A DNA stretch of 64,000 bases, from the NCBI GenBank assembly GCA_950072105.1, contig CATMOE010000004.1:32454-96453 (forward strand). The letters are read 5' to 3'. Position numbers and translations under genes: made by a program. Below the pieces are notes generated by a model, which saw only the letters and a list, made by a program, of their open reading frames with translations, was not told where the DNA came from and made no database searches. How positions within the stretch are numbered: the stretch's first letter is position 1; each line of letters opens with the position of its first letter. This DNA comes from an uncultured Dehalococcoidia bacterium (GTDB lineage Bacteria; Chloroflexota; Dehalococcoidia; Lucifugimonadales; UBA3495). Shown here piece after piece: positions 9,275-18,569 of this stretch.

Positions 9275-10750
9275 TTGGCCGAAAACGTCAGAGTTAGATA
9301 CGCCCCTAGTCCCACCGGCGAACCTCATATCGGCAATGTCCGTACCGCATTGTTCAATTGGTTGTTCGCCCGGCACCACGGTGGCAAGTTCATCGTTCGT
9401 GTGGAGGACACCGATCAGGAGCGGCTGGTGCCCGGCGCGGTGGACGCCGTCCTGGACAGCCTGGAATGGCTGAACATCCAATGGGATGAAGGCCCTCGGG
9501 TGGGCGGTCCATACGCGCCCTATGTACAGTCGGAACGCCTAAGCATCTACCAGGATCTGGCGGGAAAGCTCGTCGGTCAAGGCCGCGCTTACCGCTGCTA
9601 CTGCAGCCGGGAGAAGTTGGAACAGATGAGGCGGGAGCGCCGGGAGCAAGGGTTCGCCACCAGCCATGCCTGCCAATGCCGGGAGATGACCGAGCGGCAG
9701 CGGAGCGATGCCGAAGCCGCGACTGGCCCGCCAGTGGTTCGGTTTGGGATGCCCACCGAGGGAGTTACCAGGGTCCACGATCTGATCCGAGGCGACGTGG
9801 AATGGCAGAACGACCTGCAGGAAGACTTTATCATCCTCAAGTCCGACGGCTTCCCCACGTACCACTTGGCGGTGGTGGCCGACGACCATTTCATGGAGAT
9901 CAGCCACATAATGCGGGCCGAAGAGTGGCTCCCCAGCACTCCCAGGCATCTGCAATTGTTCGACGCCCTGGGTTTTGAGCCGCCCCAGTTCGCCCACCTT
10001 CCCATGATTCTAGGCCCAGACCGGTCCAAGTTGTCCAAGCGCCACGGGGCCACGGCGGTGTCGGAATACCGGGATAAGGGATTTCTACCCGGCGCGCTGA
10101 TCAATTTCATGGTGCTGCTGGGCTGGTCGCTGGATGACAAGACCGAGGTCATGTCCCTGGATATGATCAAGGACAACTTCACTCTGGACCGGGTGACCAA
10201 GTCCGCGGCCATCTTCGACCAGGACAAGCTGGAATGGATGAGCGGCGTCTATATTCGAGAGATGTCTCCCAAAGAGTTGGCTGGGAACATGCTCCCCTTC
10301 CTAGAGAGAGACCTGCCGAAAGAATTGGTGCCGGTGGACCGCGACTATCTGGATAGTATCGCGCCTCTGATACAAGAGCGGATCAAGCTGATGGAAACCG
10401 CGGCCGACTCCACTTTGTATTTCTTCGAAGAGCAACCCGAATATGATCCCTCCAGCCTGATTCAAAAAGGGATGGAGCCCCAAGGCACCCTGGACGCCCT
10501 AAAGTCGGCCCTAGCGACGTTGAACTCTGCCTCCACCTTTGACCATGAATCCCTTGAGGAGTTGCTGAGGGCAACAGGTTTGGAGATCGGCGTCTCGCCG
10601 AGGCAGTTCTTTGGCGCTTTGCGGACGGCGGTAACCGGGAGGACGGCAACTCCTCCCTTGTTTGAAACTATGGAAGTGCTGGGCCGGGAACGGGTGTTGC
10701 GGCGGATGGAGTGGGCGGTCGAACGGCTGGCTAGCGCCAATCTTATTTAA
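9275..10750 (+). CDS. gltX: Glutamate--tRNA ligase
   Basis: RYAPSPTG.PHIGN, RVEDTD, GFPTYHLA, KLSKRHG, anticodon-binding helical domain. Confidence 0.97.
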   Translation: MAENVRVRYAPSPTGEPHIGNVRTALFNWLFARHHGGKFIVRVEDTDQERLVPGAVDAVLDSLEWLNIQWDEGPRVGGPYAPYVQSERLSIYQDLAGKLVGQGRAYRCYCSREKLEQMRRERREQGFATSHACQCREMTERQRSDAEAATGPPVVRFGMPTEGVTRVHDLIRGDVEWQNDLQEDFIILKSDGFPTYHLAVVADDHFMEISHIMRAEEWLPSTPRHLQLFDALGFEPPQFAHLPMILGPDRSKLSKRHGATAVSEYRDKGFLPGALINFMVLLGWSLDDKTEVMSLDMIKDNFTLDRVTKSAAIFDQDKLEWMSGVYIREMSPKELAGNMLPFLERDLPKELVPVDRDYLDSIAPLIQERIKLMETAADSTLYFFEEQPEYDPSSLIQKGMEPQGTLDALKSALATLNSASTFDHESLEELLRATGLEIGVSPRQFFGALRTAVTGRTATPPLFETMEVLGRERVLRRMEWAVERLASANLI

Positions 10751-10765
10751 TCAATATCGAGGACA

Positions 10766-12478
10766 ATGCCTATGAGCACCCCCGATCCAGTACCTTCCTC
10801 GGACTTCATCCGCAACATCGTCGAAGATGACAACCGTTCCGGCAAGTACGATGGCCGGGTTGTCACCCGATTCCCTCCGGAACCCAACGGATATCTGCAC
10901 ATCGGCCATGCCAAGTCCATCTGCCTAAACTTCGGCCTGGCAGCCGAGCACGAAGGCGGTATCTGCCACCTGCGTTTCGACGATACTAATCCGGCCAGAG
11001 AGGACGTTGAGTACGTCGACTCCATCATGGAGGACGTGCGCTGGTTGGGCTGGGATTGGGGCGACCATCTGTACTACGCCTCGGACTATTTTGAACAGTT
11101 ATTCGATTATGCTGTCCAGTTGATCAAAGAAGGCAAGGCCTACGTCTGCGACCTCAGCGCCCTGGAGATGAGAGAGTACCGGGGGACCTTGACCGAGCCG
11201 GGCAGAAACAGCCCTCACCGTGAACGCTCCATCGAGGAGAGCATGGACCTGTTCCAGCAGATGCGGGACGGAGAGTTCGAGGACGGAGCAAGGGTGTTGC
11301 GGGCCAAGATTGACATGGCCTCGCCCAACGTGAATCTGCGTGACCCGGTGCTATACCGGATATTGAACACGGAGCATCACCGGACGGGCGCCCAATGGTG
11401 TATCTATCCGACTTACGATTTCGCCCACGGCCAATCGGATTCCATCGAGAGGATCACTCACTCTGTGTGCACCCTTGAATTTGAGGACCACCGGCCGCTA
11501 TACGACTGGTTTCTGGACGAACTGGACGTGTACCACCCGCAGCAGATCGAATTCGCGCGACTCAACATCAGCTACACAACGTTAAGCAAGCGGAGGCTGC
11601 GTGAATTGGTGGAGGAGGGCTATGTCACCGGTTGGAACGACCCTCGCATGCCCACGTTGTCTGGGTTGCGCCGGCGTGGCTACACTCCACTCTCGATCAG
11701 AAACTTTTGCGATCGAATCGGCGTAGCAAAGCGGAACTCCATAGTTGATCTAGCGTTGTTGGAGCATAGCGTTCGGGAAGATTTGAACCAGACGTCTCCT
11801 CGTGTAATGGCTGTGTTGAATCCTCTTCGGGTGGTCATCGACAATTACCCCGAGGATCAGACCCAGGAGTTTGAGGCGGTTAACAACCCCGAGGACCCGT
11901 CGATGGGGTCACGAAAAGTCCCCTTTTCCCGAGTCATTTACGTCGAACAAGATGACTTTCGCGAAGACCCGCCCCGCCGCTTTTACCGTCTGTCGCCGGG
12001 GCGCGAGGTGCGATTGCGCTACGCCTGCTACATCACCTGCGTCAGTGTGGTTAAGGACGAGACGACCGGGGAGGTGGTGGAACTGCACTGCACCTACGAC
12101 CCCGAGTCCCTGGGCGGCTCATCGCCCGATGGACGCCGGGTGCAGGCTACTTTGCATTGGGTGTCCGCCGCCCATGCGGTGGATGCCGAGGTGCGCCTGT
12201 ACGAGCATTTGTTTGTCACCCCGGAACCCGGCAGCGGCGAGGATGACGACGCCGATTACAAGAGCGACTTGAACCCGGACTCCCTTACAGTATTGACCTC
12301 ATGCAAAGTCGAACCTAGCTTGGCTGGGGCAGTCCGGGGCAGCCGGTACCAGTTTGAACGGCAAGGATATTTCTGCGTCGACACGGTTGATTCCACCAAC
12401 GGAAACCTGGTGTTCAACCGCACCGTTCCCCTACGCGACAGTTGGGCGCGGATCGAGCAGGCGGGCAAGCAGGGTTAG
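10766..12478 (+). CDS. glnS: Glutamine--tRNA ligase
   Basis: [76 protein letters not shown]. Confidence 0.97.
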   Translation: MPMSTPDPVPSSDFIRNIVEDDNRSGKYDGRVVTRFPPEPNGYLHIGHAKSICLNFGLAAEHEGGICHLRFDDTNPAREDVEYVDSIMEDVRWLGWDWGDHLYYASDYFEQLFDYAVQLIKEGKAYVCDLSALEMREYRGTLTEPGRNSPHRERSIEESMDLFQQMRDGEFEDGARVLRAKIDMASPNVNLRDPVLYRILNTEHHRTGAQWCIYPTYDFAHGQSDSIERITHSVCTLEFEDHRPLYDWFLDELDVYHPQQIEFARLNISYTTLSKRRLRELVEEGYVTGWNDPRMPTLSGLRRRGYTPLSIRNFCDRIGVAKRNSIVDLALLEHSVREDLNQTSPRVMAVLNPLRVVIDNYPEDQTQEFEAVNNPEDPSMGSRKVPFSRVIYVEQDDFREDPPRRFYRLSPGREVRLRYACYITCVSVVKDETTGEVVELHCTYDPESLGGSSPDGRRVQATLHWVSAAHAVDAEVRLYEHLFVTPEPGSGEDDDADYKSDLNPDSLTVLTSCKVEPSLAGAVRGSRYQFERQGYFCVDTVDSTNGNLVFNRTVPLRDSWARIEQAGKQG

Positions 12479-12504
12479 AGCGGCAAAATCAGCGGTGTGG
12501 GACA

Positions 12505-12617
12505 ACCCCCTCTCTAACTCTCTCCATAAAGAGGGCGAGGACTGATTCCTTCCCCTCCGACGGGGGAAGGTTAGAGCCTGCCCTGAGCGTAGCCGAAGGG
12601 ACGGGGGTGAAACCCCT
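12505..12617. repeat. Composite intergenic repeat: CCCC..GGGGGAAGGTTAG/GATGGGGGTG hairpin carrying a 25-nt CCTGAGCG..CGAAGG insert
   Basis: Near-identical to 61318-61380; insert-free versions at 58020-58058 and (reverse) 20457-20497. Confidence 0.8.
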
Positions 12618-12698
12618 CACTTCAATCCATTCTCACAAAGTATGAGCAGCCAATTAGAGACTCGCTCAAAGACTTGGGAAAGATACCGCCCGGGCGGC

Positions 12699-13718
12699 CT
12701 AACTTCCTAGCCGGTAAATCTGCAGCCGGTGCCGCAGGCTGTCCACTATGTAGATCCGTCCCTGACCGTCTAGCTTGACGGATGTCGGACCCCATAGCAG
12801 TTTCTCCACGTTGGCCGACGTTTCCCGGTGGTGGTCGCTTCGGGGGTTAATTTGCGGCTCTAGATCGGCCGCCAGTCGGGCCGCCCCTTCGTCAGGGTTG
12901 GCCTCGAAGTAGGAGGAGGCCCAGGTAGAGGTCACCGAGTCGCCCCGGAAACAGGCGAGAACCTGTCCTGAAGGACTCAATACCTGGACCCGCTCATTGC
13001 CCCAGTCGCAAACGTAGATGTTTCCGTCCGGGTCCACGGCCAGGCCCGACGGGCGTTTGAACTGTCCTTCCCCGTCGCCGGAGCTACCCCATTGGGCCAG
13101 ATAGCGTCCTGACGGGTCGAACTTTTGCACCCGGTCGTTGCGCCAGTCGGACACGTAAACGTCTCCGTTGCTGTCCAGGGCGACACCCCAGGGCATGTTG
13201 AACTGGCCTGGGCCGTCCCCCGCCTCCCCCCATTTGCCTAGGAATGTGCCATCCTTGCTGAACTTCTGGACCCGGTGGTTCAAGGAGTCGGTCAGGTACA
13301 TGTTGTCTTCTGAGTCGAAGGCCATGGCCGAAGGACGGTCCAGTTGCCCGTCCTGGGACCCGTGGCTACCCCACTGCCCCAGCAGTTCACCCGCTTTGGT
13401 AAATATGGAAACACGTTGCAGGGCTTCGTCGGCCACATAAAAACGGTCTTCGCTATCGAAGGCCAGGGCGCTGGGCCACCAGAACTGACCGTCGCCGGTG
13501 CCGCCGGTCCCGAATTCTCCCAAGTACTCTTCGTCTACGGTGCACTTGACCACCCGTTTGTAGGGTAAGCGAAGCGCCGTTTCCGGTCCGGCCCGGTTCA
13601 GCACGTAAAGTATGCCCTGGGAATCCAAAGCCACGTCCACCGGATTGTTGAAGCCCCGTCCCGTGTTGGCTAGGAACCCGACGGTGTGGCTGTATGCGAA
13701 GCTGGAAGTAGCGGTCAT
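12699..13718 (-). CDS. NHL-repeat beta-propeller protein
   Basis: Repeated G..G.GQF..P.G/A.A.D..G..YV.D..N.RVQKF units. Confidence 0.92.
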   Translation of the reverse strand: MTATSSFAYSHTVGFLANTGRGFNNPVDVALDSQGILYVLNRAGPETALRLPYKRVVKCTVDEEYLGEFGTGGTGDGQFWWPSALAFDSEDRFYVADEALQRVSIFTKAGELLGQWGSHGSQDGQLDRPSAMAFDSEDNMYLTDSLNHRVQKFSKDGTFLGKWGEAGDGPGQFNMPWGVALDSNGDVYVSDWRNDRVQKFDPSGRYLAQWGSSGDGEGQFKRPSGLAVDPDGNIYVCDWGNERVQVLSPSGQVLACFRGDSVTSTWASSYFEANPDEGAARLAADLEPQINPRSDHHRETSANVEKLLWGPTSVKLDGQGRIYIVDSLRHRLQIYRLGS

Positions 13719-13726
13719 TTTCGATA

Positions 13727-13806
13727 GCAATCAGCCATCAGCTTTCAGCTATCAGCAGTTCGGACCGTTCCGGCCCCTGATAGGTGACTGGTGACCGCCG
13801 ATAGCT
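13727..13806. repeat. Heptamer inverted-array element
   Basis: tcagccatcagctttcagctatcagc ... ctgataggtgactggtgaccgccgatagct. Confidence 0.6.
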
Positions 13807-13809
13807 CCT

Positions 13810-15210
13810 CTATGCCAGTTGGTATTCCCGGGTAGCGACGATCAGTTGCAGCATGTCGGCCACTCTCTGCTCGGAGCAGGCTACCAAATCGTCGCGGTCG
13901 AAGCGCAGGTCGCCTTGGGATGCCGCGTAGCCGGTCAGATGGCGGTTCGTGGCTTCCGTCACTTTCACGCCTCCGGCCAGGTCCAGGCAACGGTCCACGA
14001 AATCCTGGGGAGATAGAACGTCCTGACCATCCCGCATGCGGCGGATGATCTCTTTGACTCCGGGTTGGCCGGCGTTTCCGACCTCTTGAGCCGCCGAGTT
14101 TATCCTTTCCACGAGGCTGCCGGTATCGATCCACTCAGTACCGGTGTGCCAGCCTTCAACCGAAGGCGGGTTTAAGATTTCCTGGCCCATGAAGTTGGCG
14201 TCCATGGCCAGGCCGACGATGCTCCAATCGGTGCTGCGGTGGCTTCCGGCCAACCGTGCGGTCCCCGCTACCATTTCCGCCGGGCTCTTGACCCGGGCGA
14301 AGCGGACCTGTTCCGAGCGGAAGAAACCGGAAAGAAACATGGTCCGTAGCACCGATTCTATGTTTCCGTGAGACCGTTGGAACTCGTCGGCCAGGATTTG
14401 TATCGCTGCTTCGTCGGGAGTATCTGAGACGAAGAAATTGTAAAGTTTGCTGGCGACGAACCAGGCACACGCCGGCTGGGCGCAGATTATATCGATGACG
14501 TCTTCCCCGTTGAACCGGCCGGTCTGTCCCAAAAAGGTCTTTGAGGTGTCGTCGTGGTCTTCGGGGTCGTAAACAAATTGCCAGTCTAGCCGGCCGTGGG
14601 GCCAGATGGAGTCCCGCGAGGCCCGTATGCTCATGTACTCGGCATTGGCGATCGTCCAACCGGTGAAGGCCCGGGCGCAGGATTTGACATCGTCCTCGGT
14701 GTAGTTGCCGATGCCCATGGAGAACAATTCCAGCAACTCCCGCCCAAAGTTTTCGTTGGGGGCCTCTTTGTGGTTGTCCTTGTTATCCAGCCAAAAGATC
14801 ATCGCCGGGTCTCTGGCCAGTTCCAGCAATAGGGTTCGGAAGGAGCCGAGACCACCGCGGCGAAATATATTGGTCTGGTTGACCATGCCCTTGGCGTGAT
14901 TGAGCTTACCGTACGCGGTGGCGAACAGACCATGCCAAAAGAGGGTGATCTTCTCTTGCAGGGGGAAAGGCGTGTTGATCATGCGATATAGCCAGTAAGC
15001 TTGGGAGCTTTCGATGAGCATCAGGCTGTTTTGGTCGATGTGGTAGCGCCGGACCACATCGTCATCCAGGAGTGAGGCTTGGTCAGGGTGTAGCAGCTTC
15101 TCGACCGTGGCCTCGTAGCCCAGTTCCAGGTAGTCATCTAACTCCTGGGGAGTAGCTCCGAAACCAGCCCGCCGTAGTAGATGGGCGGTCAGCGCCCTTT
15201 GTTCGTCCAT
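13810..15210 (-). CDS. DUF1800 family protein
   Basis: HLLRRAGFG, EKITLFWHGLFAT, DPAMIFWLD, PNENFGRELLELFSMG, ARAFTGW, PPSVEGW; ATG at 15210 after GGGAGG. Confidence 0.92.
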   Translation of the reverse strand: MDEQRALTAHLLRRAGFGATPQELDDYLELGYEATVEKLLHPDQASLLDDDVVRRYHIDQNSLMLIESSQAYWLYRMINTPFPLQEKITLFWHGLFATAYGKLNHAKGMVNQTNIFRRGGLGSFRTLLLELARDPAMIFWLDNKDNHKEAPNENFGRELLELFSMGIGNYTEDDVKSCARAFTGWTIANAEYMSIRASRDSIWPHGRLDWQFVYDPEDHDDTSKTFLGQTGRFNGEDVIDIICAQPACAWFVASKLYNFFVSDTPDEAAIQILADEFQRSHGNIESVLRTMFLSGFFRSEQVRFARVKSPAEMVAGTARLAGSHRSTDWSIVGLAMDANFMGQEILNPPSVEGWHTGTEWIDTGSLVERINSAAQEVGNAGQPGVKEIIRRMRDGQDVLSPQDFVDRCLDLAGGVKVTEATNRHLTGYAASQGDLRFDRDDLVACSEQRVADMLQLIVATREYQLA

Positions 15211-15470
15211 GATTTTGGCCCCCCTCCCGGTGCTTGTTGGTGTTCGCGCTGAATGATACGGCATATCCGGGGATCCAGCCGTGCTTCGCTGGCTGGTAGT
15301 ATAGCATCAGGTTCCGGGTCCCGGCCCAGTATAAAAAGGGGACGCCCGAAACGGCGAAGGGAGTGGCCTGGGCATCAAGGTAAAATGGCATAAAAAATAA
15401 AGTTACGCCTAGTTCTGTCTAGATTTTTATATTATTTTGGAATTCAGTTTAATATTCGAACAAAATCCCC

Positions 15471-15507
15471 TTGACAAGCAACAAGTAATAGAGTTTATTA
15501 CTACAAT
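15471..15507 (+). promoter_or_regulatory. Putative sigma70 -35 box with an overlapping inverted repeat (operator-like)
   Basis: TTGACA at 15471-15476; AGTAATA-gagtt-TATTACT at 15484-15502, within an unusually AT-rich intergenic region. Confidence 0.45.
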
Positions 15508-15773
15508 AGCTTGGGGAAGGGGTGTGTGTTTGGGGTGGATGATGTTGCGGATAGGGGGTGAAGGCAAGAATTAAAACACATATATTTTTTGGGAAAAGTA
15601 TTAAAACCCGTCTAAGTATCGCGGGCCCCAGCCAACGGCGTTCCTGGTAAACCGGGTTAGGTCGCCCTCAGTTTTAGTAGATAAGTAATCATTGTTATAT
15701 TTGTTTTTTCCTCATTCTAGAAAGGGACGGCATCGGCGGGGAGCGAATTCTAAAATAATTTCGCAGAAGGGGA

Positions 15774-16616
15774 TTGGGTGTAAAGATGATGTCGACAGCT
15801 GTAAAGGTTCTTAGCGACGGAGTTATCAAACTGGACGGCGGTTCCATGTTCGGGCAAGTGCCCAAGATGGCCTGGGAGAACAGTGTGGTGACGGACAGAA
15901 AAAACCGCATGACACTGGGTCTCAATTGTCTGCTTCTTCAGATCAGCGGGCAGAACATCCTGGTGGACACCGGAGTCGGCACTAAAGACGCCGAGAATGA
16001 CAAGGAAACCCTGGGCCTGGTGCCCAGCCGCTTACTCAAAGGCTTAAAGAGTATGGGTTTGGGCCCCAAAGACATAAATGCCGTGGTGCTTACTCATCTT
16101 CATTTCGATCACAGCGGCGGATGCACCCGGTTGGACCGGGCGGGGAACATTGTGCCCACCTTCCCCAAAGCCACTTACTACGTTCAAGAGGCCTGCTGGG
16201 ACGAGGCCTGCAACCCCAACGAGCGGTGCCACGTTACCAATCGGGCAGACAACTTTCTTCCCATCGAAGAGCGCGGTCAATTGGAGCTCCTAGACGGCGA
16301 CTGTGAAATCATGCCCGGCCTGAACGTTATCGTCACCGACGGTCACGCCAAGGGCCACCAGATAGTCATGGTCAACCATGGCGGCGAGAGGATAGTGTTC
16401 CTGGGGGACATCGTGCCCACGCCGCACCATCTGAATCTGGGAGTCATTTCGGCGTTCGACAACTCTCCGGAGACTACCTTGGAGCGGAAGCGGGACCTGC
16501 TCGCTGAGGCCGAGAAGCAGGGATGGTTGCTGGTCTTCTCCCACGGCCATGACGTGAGGGCAGGCTACCTGGAACGGAAGGCAGACACCGGATACCTGCG
16601 TCCCGTCGAACTGTAA
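15774..16616 (+). CDS. MBL-fold metallo-hydrolase (YtnP-like)
   Basis: LDGGSMFGQVPK..W, LVDTGVG, THLHFDHSGG, GHAKGHQ, GDIVPT, FSHG. Confidence 0.92.
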   Translation: MGVKMMSTAVKVLSDGVIKLDGGSMFGQVPKMAWENSVVTDRKNRMTLGLNCLLLQISGQNILVDTGVGTKDAENDKETLGLVPSRLLKGLKSMGLGPKDINAVVLTHLHFDHSGGCTRLDRAGNIVPTFPKATYYVQEACWDEACNPNERCHVTNRADNFLPIEERGQLELLDGDCEIMPGLNVIVTDGHAKGHQIVMVNHGGERIVFLGDIVPTPHHLNLGVISAFDNSPETTLERKRDLLAEAEKQGWLLVFSHGHDVRAGYLERKADTGYLRPVEL

Positions 16617-16654
16617 ACCTCTCGCGGCCCTTACGGGCTCTTACCACGGATTTT

Positions 16655-16705
16655 GCGGCTGCCTACCGGGCTTGAAGAAGCCTTGATCGGCAGCCGTTGC
16701 TTTTT
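16655..16705 (+). terminator. Putative intrinsic terminator between convergent genes
   Basis: gcggctgcc...ggcagccgt stem followed by gcttttt. Confidence 0.5.
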
Positions 16706-16726
16706 GTGCTTATCAAACGGCCCTAG

Positions 16727-18112
16727 CTAGAGGACTTTCACCCGGACACCATCCCCCGTCAACTCCTCAAAGCGGGCCGGAGTGATGGTGTTGCCCAAGT
16801 TGTTCCGGCTGTGGGTATAGACTCGTATGTAGTTGCCGGTAAGACCGCGCCACTTGAGTCCGCCGTCCTGTCTCGTCGACGACTCCCACAGGACCGGATG
16901 GGTCTGACCCAGCTGATAACTGCGGAACGCTTCAAAACCTTCTTTCGCCATAGCTAACAATTGGGTGGTGCGTGCTTTTTTCACCGGCTGAGAAACCGGC
17001 CCGGACAGGTACACTGCGCTGGTTCCGGGCCTGGGCGAGTAGGGGAAGATGTGCATATCGCTGAATGCCATCGATGTGGCGAACGCCAAGCTCTCTTGAA
17101 ATTCGGCTTCCGTCTCTCCCGGAAACCCGGCTATCAGGTCAGCGGTGACTCCGGAACCGGGCACAGTATTGCGGACCAGGTCCACCTTTTCGGCGAACAA
17201 TCCGGTGGTATAACGGCGGCGCATCATCTCTAGAATCCGGTCGCTGCCGCTTTGCAATGGGATATGGAAGTGGCGGCATAGGCGGGGGTCCTGCCAAAGC
17301 TCCAACAATCGAGGGTTGATTTCCTGGGGTTGGAGGGACGATACCCGCAAGCGCGGTACGGCGGTCTCCGCCAGGATTCGTTCCAGCAGCCTAGTTAGCG
17401 TGGCGCCCGGAATGTCGAAACCGTAGGTCCCCAACTGAGTCCCGGTCAAGACTACTTCGAGGCAACCTTCCGCAACCCGCTGGTTGATCTGCTCTACCAG
17501 CGACTCAGGGGGAATGCTGCGTTCTCGACCCCGGACTTTGGGCACGATACAATAAGCGCAAACCTGGTCGCAACCTTCCTGAATCTTCACCATGGACCGG
17601 TTCCGGCGTATGTTGGCGGCCGGTTGCACCGAGTAGTCGAGTGCCGAGGAAACCCGTGGGTGACTATTTGCGCCGGTGTTCCTTTGCTCCAGCAAAGCGG
17701 TCACCATGGCAGGCAATTCTGCTTTCTCGGTGTTTCCTACCACCAGGGACACGCCTTCAACTTGGGAAAGTTCATCCCTGGACCGCTGGGCATAACAGCC
17801 GGTAGCGACGATCAGAGCGTGGGGATTCGCCCTGGCGGCGGCTCTTAGGGCCTGCCGGGCTTTGGAGTCGGCGGTGGAGGTCACGGTGCAGGTGTTGAGG
17901 ACAAAGACATCGGCTTTGGCCGGAGACTGCACCAGGCGGTAACCGGCCGCGGCGAAGCGCCGGGCTAACATGTCGCTGTCGGCCTGGTTCAGCTTGCATC
18001 CCTGGGTGCGGATCGCCACCGTGCCCCGGAATGTAGCGTCGGCAGGCGACGCAAGTTCGGGCGTGTTATCCGGCGGAGAATCCAAGTTGATCAGGTCAAT
18101 CTTCGTATTCAA
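16727..18112 (-). CDS. mtaB: tRNA t6A37 methylthiotransferase (radical SAM)
   Basis: GCKLNQ, NTCTVT..AD.KARQ, TGCYAQ, KIQEGCDQVCAYCIVP, HFHIPLQSG, GFPGET, HIFPYSPRPGT, GLTGNY. Confidence 0.92.
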   Translation of the reverse strand: MNTKIDLINLDSPPDNTPELASPADATFRGTVAIRTQGCKLNQADSDMLARRFAAAGYRLVQSPAKADVFVLNTCTVTSTADSKARQALRAAARANPHALIVATGCYAQRSRDELSQVEGVSLVVGNTEKAELPAMVTALLEQRNTGANSHPRVSSALDYSVQPAANIRRNRSMVKIQEGCDQVCAYCIVPKVRGRERSIPPESLVEQINQRVAEGCLEVVLTGTQLGTYGFDIPGATLTRLLERILAETAVPRLRVSSLQPQEINPRLLELWQDPRLCRHFHIPLQSGSDRILEMMRRRYTTGLFAEKVDLVRNTVPGSGVTADLIAGFPGETEAEFQESLAFATSMAFSDMHIFPYSPRPGTSAVYLSGPVSQPVKKARTTQLLAMAKEGFEAFRSYQLGQTHPVLWESSTRQDGGLKWRGLTGNYIRVYTHSRNNLGNTITPARFEELTGDGVRVKVL

Positions 18113-18488
18113 CAGGCACCAGATCCCATAGTTGCTCCACCGCTGAAGCTACGTCGTCGAGAATGGAAAAGAGGCGGTCCAGCCTTCCCCGGGACTCGCG
18201 GATATTCTGAAGCGACTCGCCGAAGGCGGCCAGCCGGTCGAAGGATTCCCGGATCCTCTTGTCCCGCCGCTCTTGCCCCAGTTGCTCGGCGTATTCCCGA
18301 ATCGACTTGTCGTCATTGAGGCTTTGGCCTCGGCTCAGAGCCACCGCCTTTACCGCCAGAGTCAGGCTTCCCCACAGGAGGTCTTCCGATTGGGCCCACC
18401 GTCCGCCTCGCATGTCGCCCAAGGCGTTATCCAATAGCCGTAGGCTTTGGGACCGGTAGCGGTTAATGCGGGCTGTTTCGGTGGCCAT
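18096..18488 (-). CDS. PaREP1/HEPN-like helical protein
   Basis: A..D...G...Q.EDLLWGS...AVKAVA pattern resembles PaREP1; overlaps the mtaB start. Confidence 0.55.
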   Translation of the reverse strand: MATETARINRYRSQSLRLLDNALGDMRGGRWAQSEDLLWGSLTLAVKAVALSRGQSLNDDKSIREYAEQLGQERRDKRIRESFDRLAAFGESLQNIRESRGRLDRLFSILDDVASAVEQLWDLVPVEYED

Positions 18489-18569
18489 ATCGGTTATAAC
18501 TCGTGCCTGGGCATGATAATCAATTCTAGCATAGGAACGTCGAGACGACGGCGATTTAACCGGCGTTGA

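Noticed and set aside
15390-15773. Possible oriC (AT-rich region)
   Set aside because: No TTATCCACA-like DnaA box cluster seen and no dnaA/dnaN nearby.
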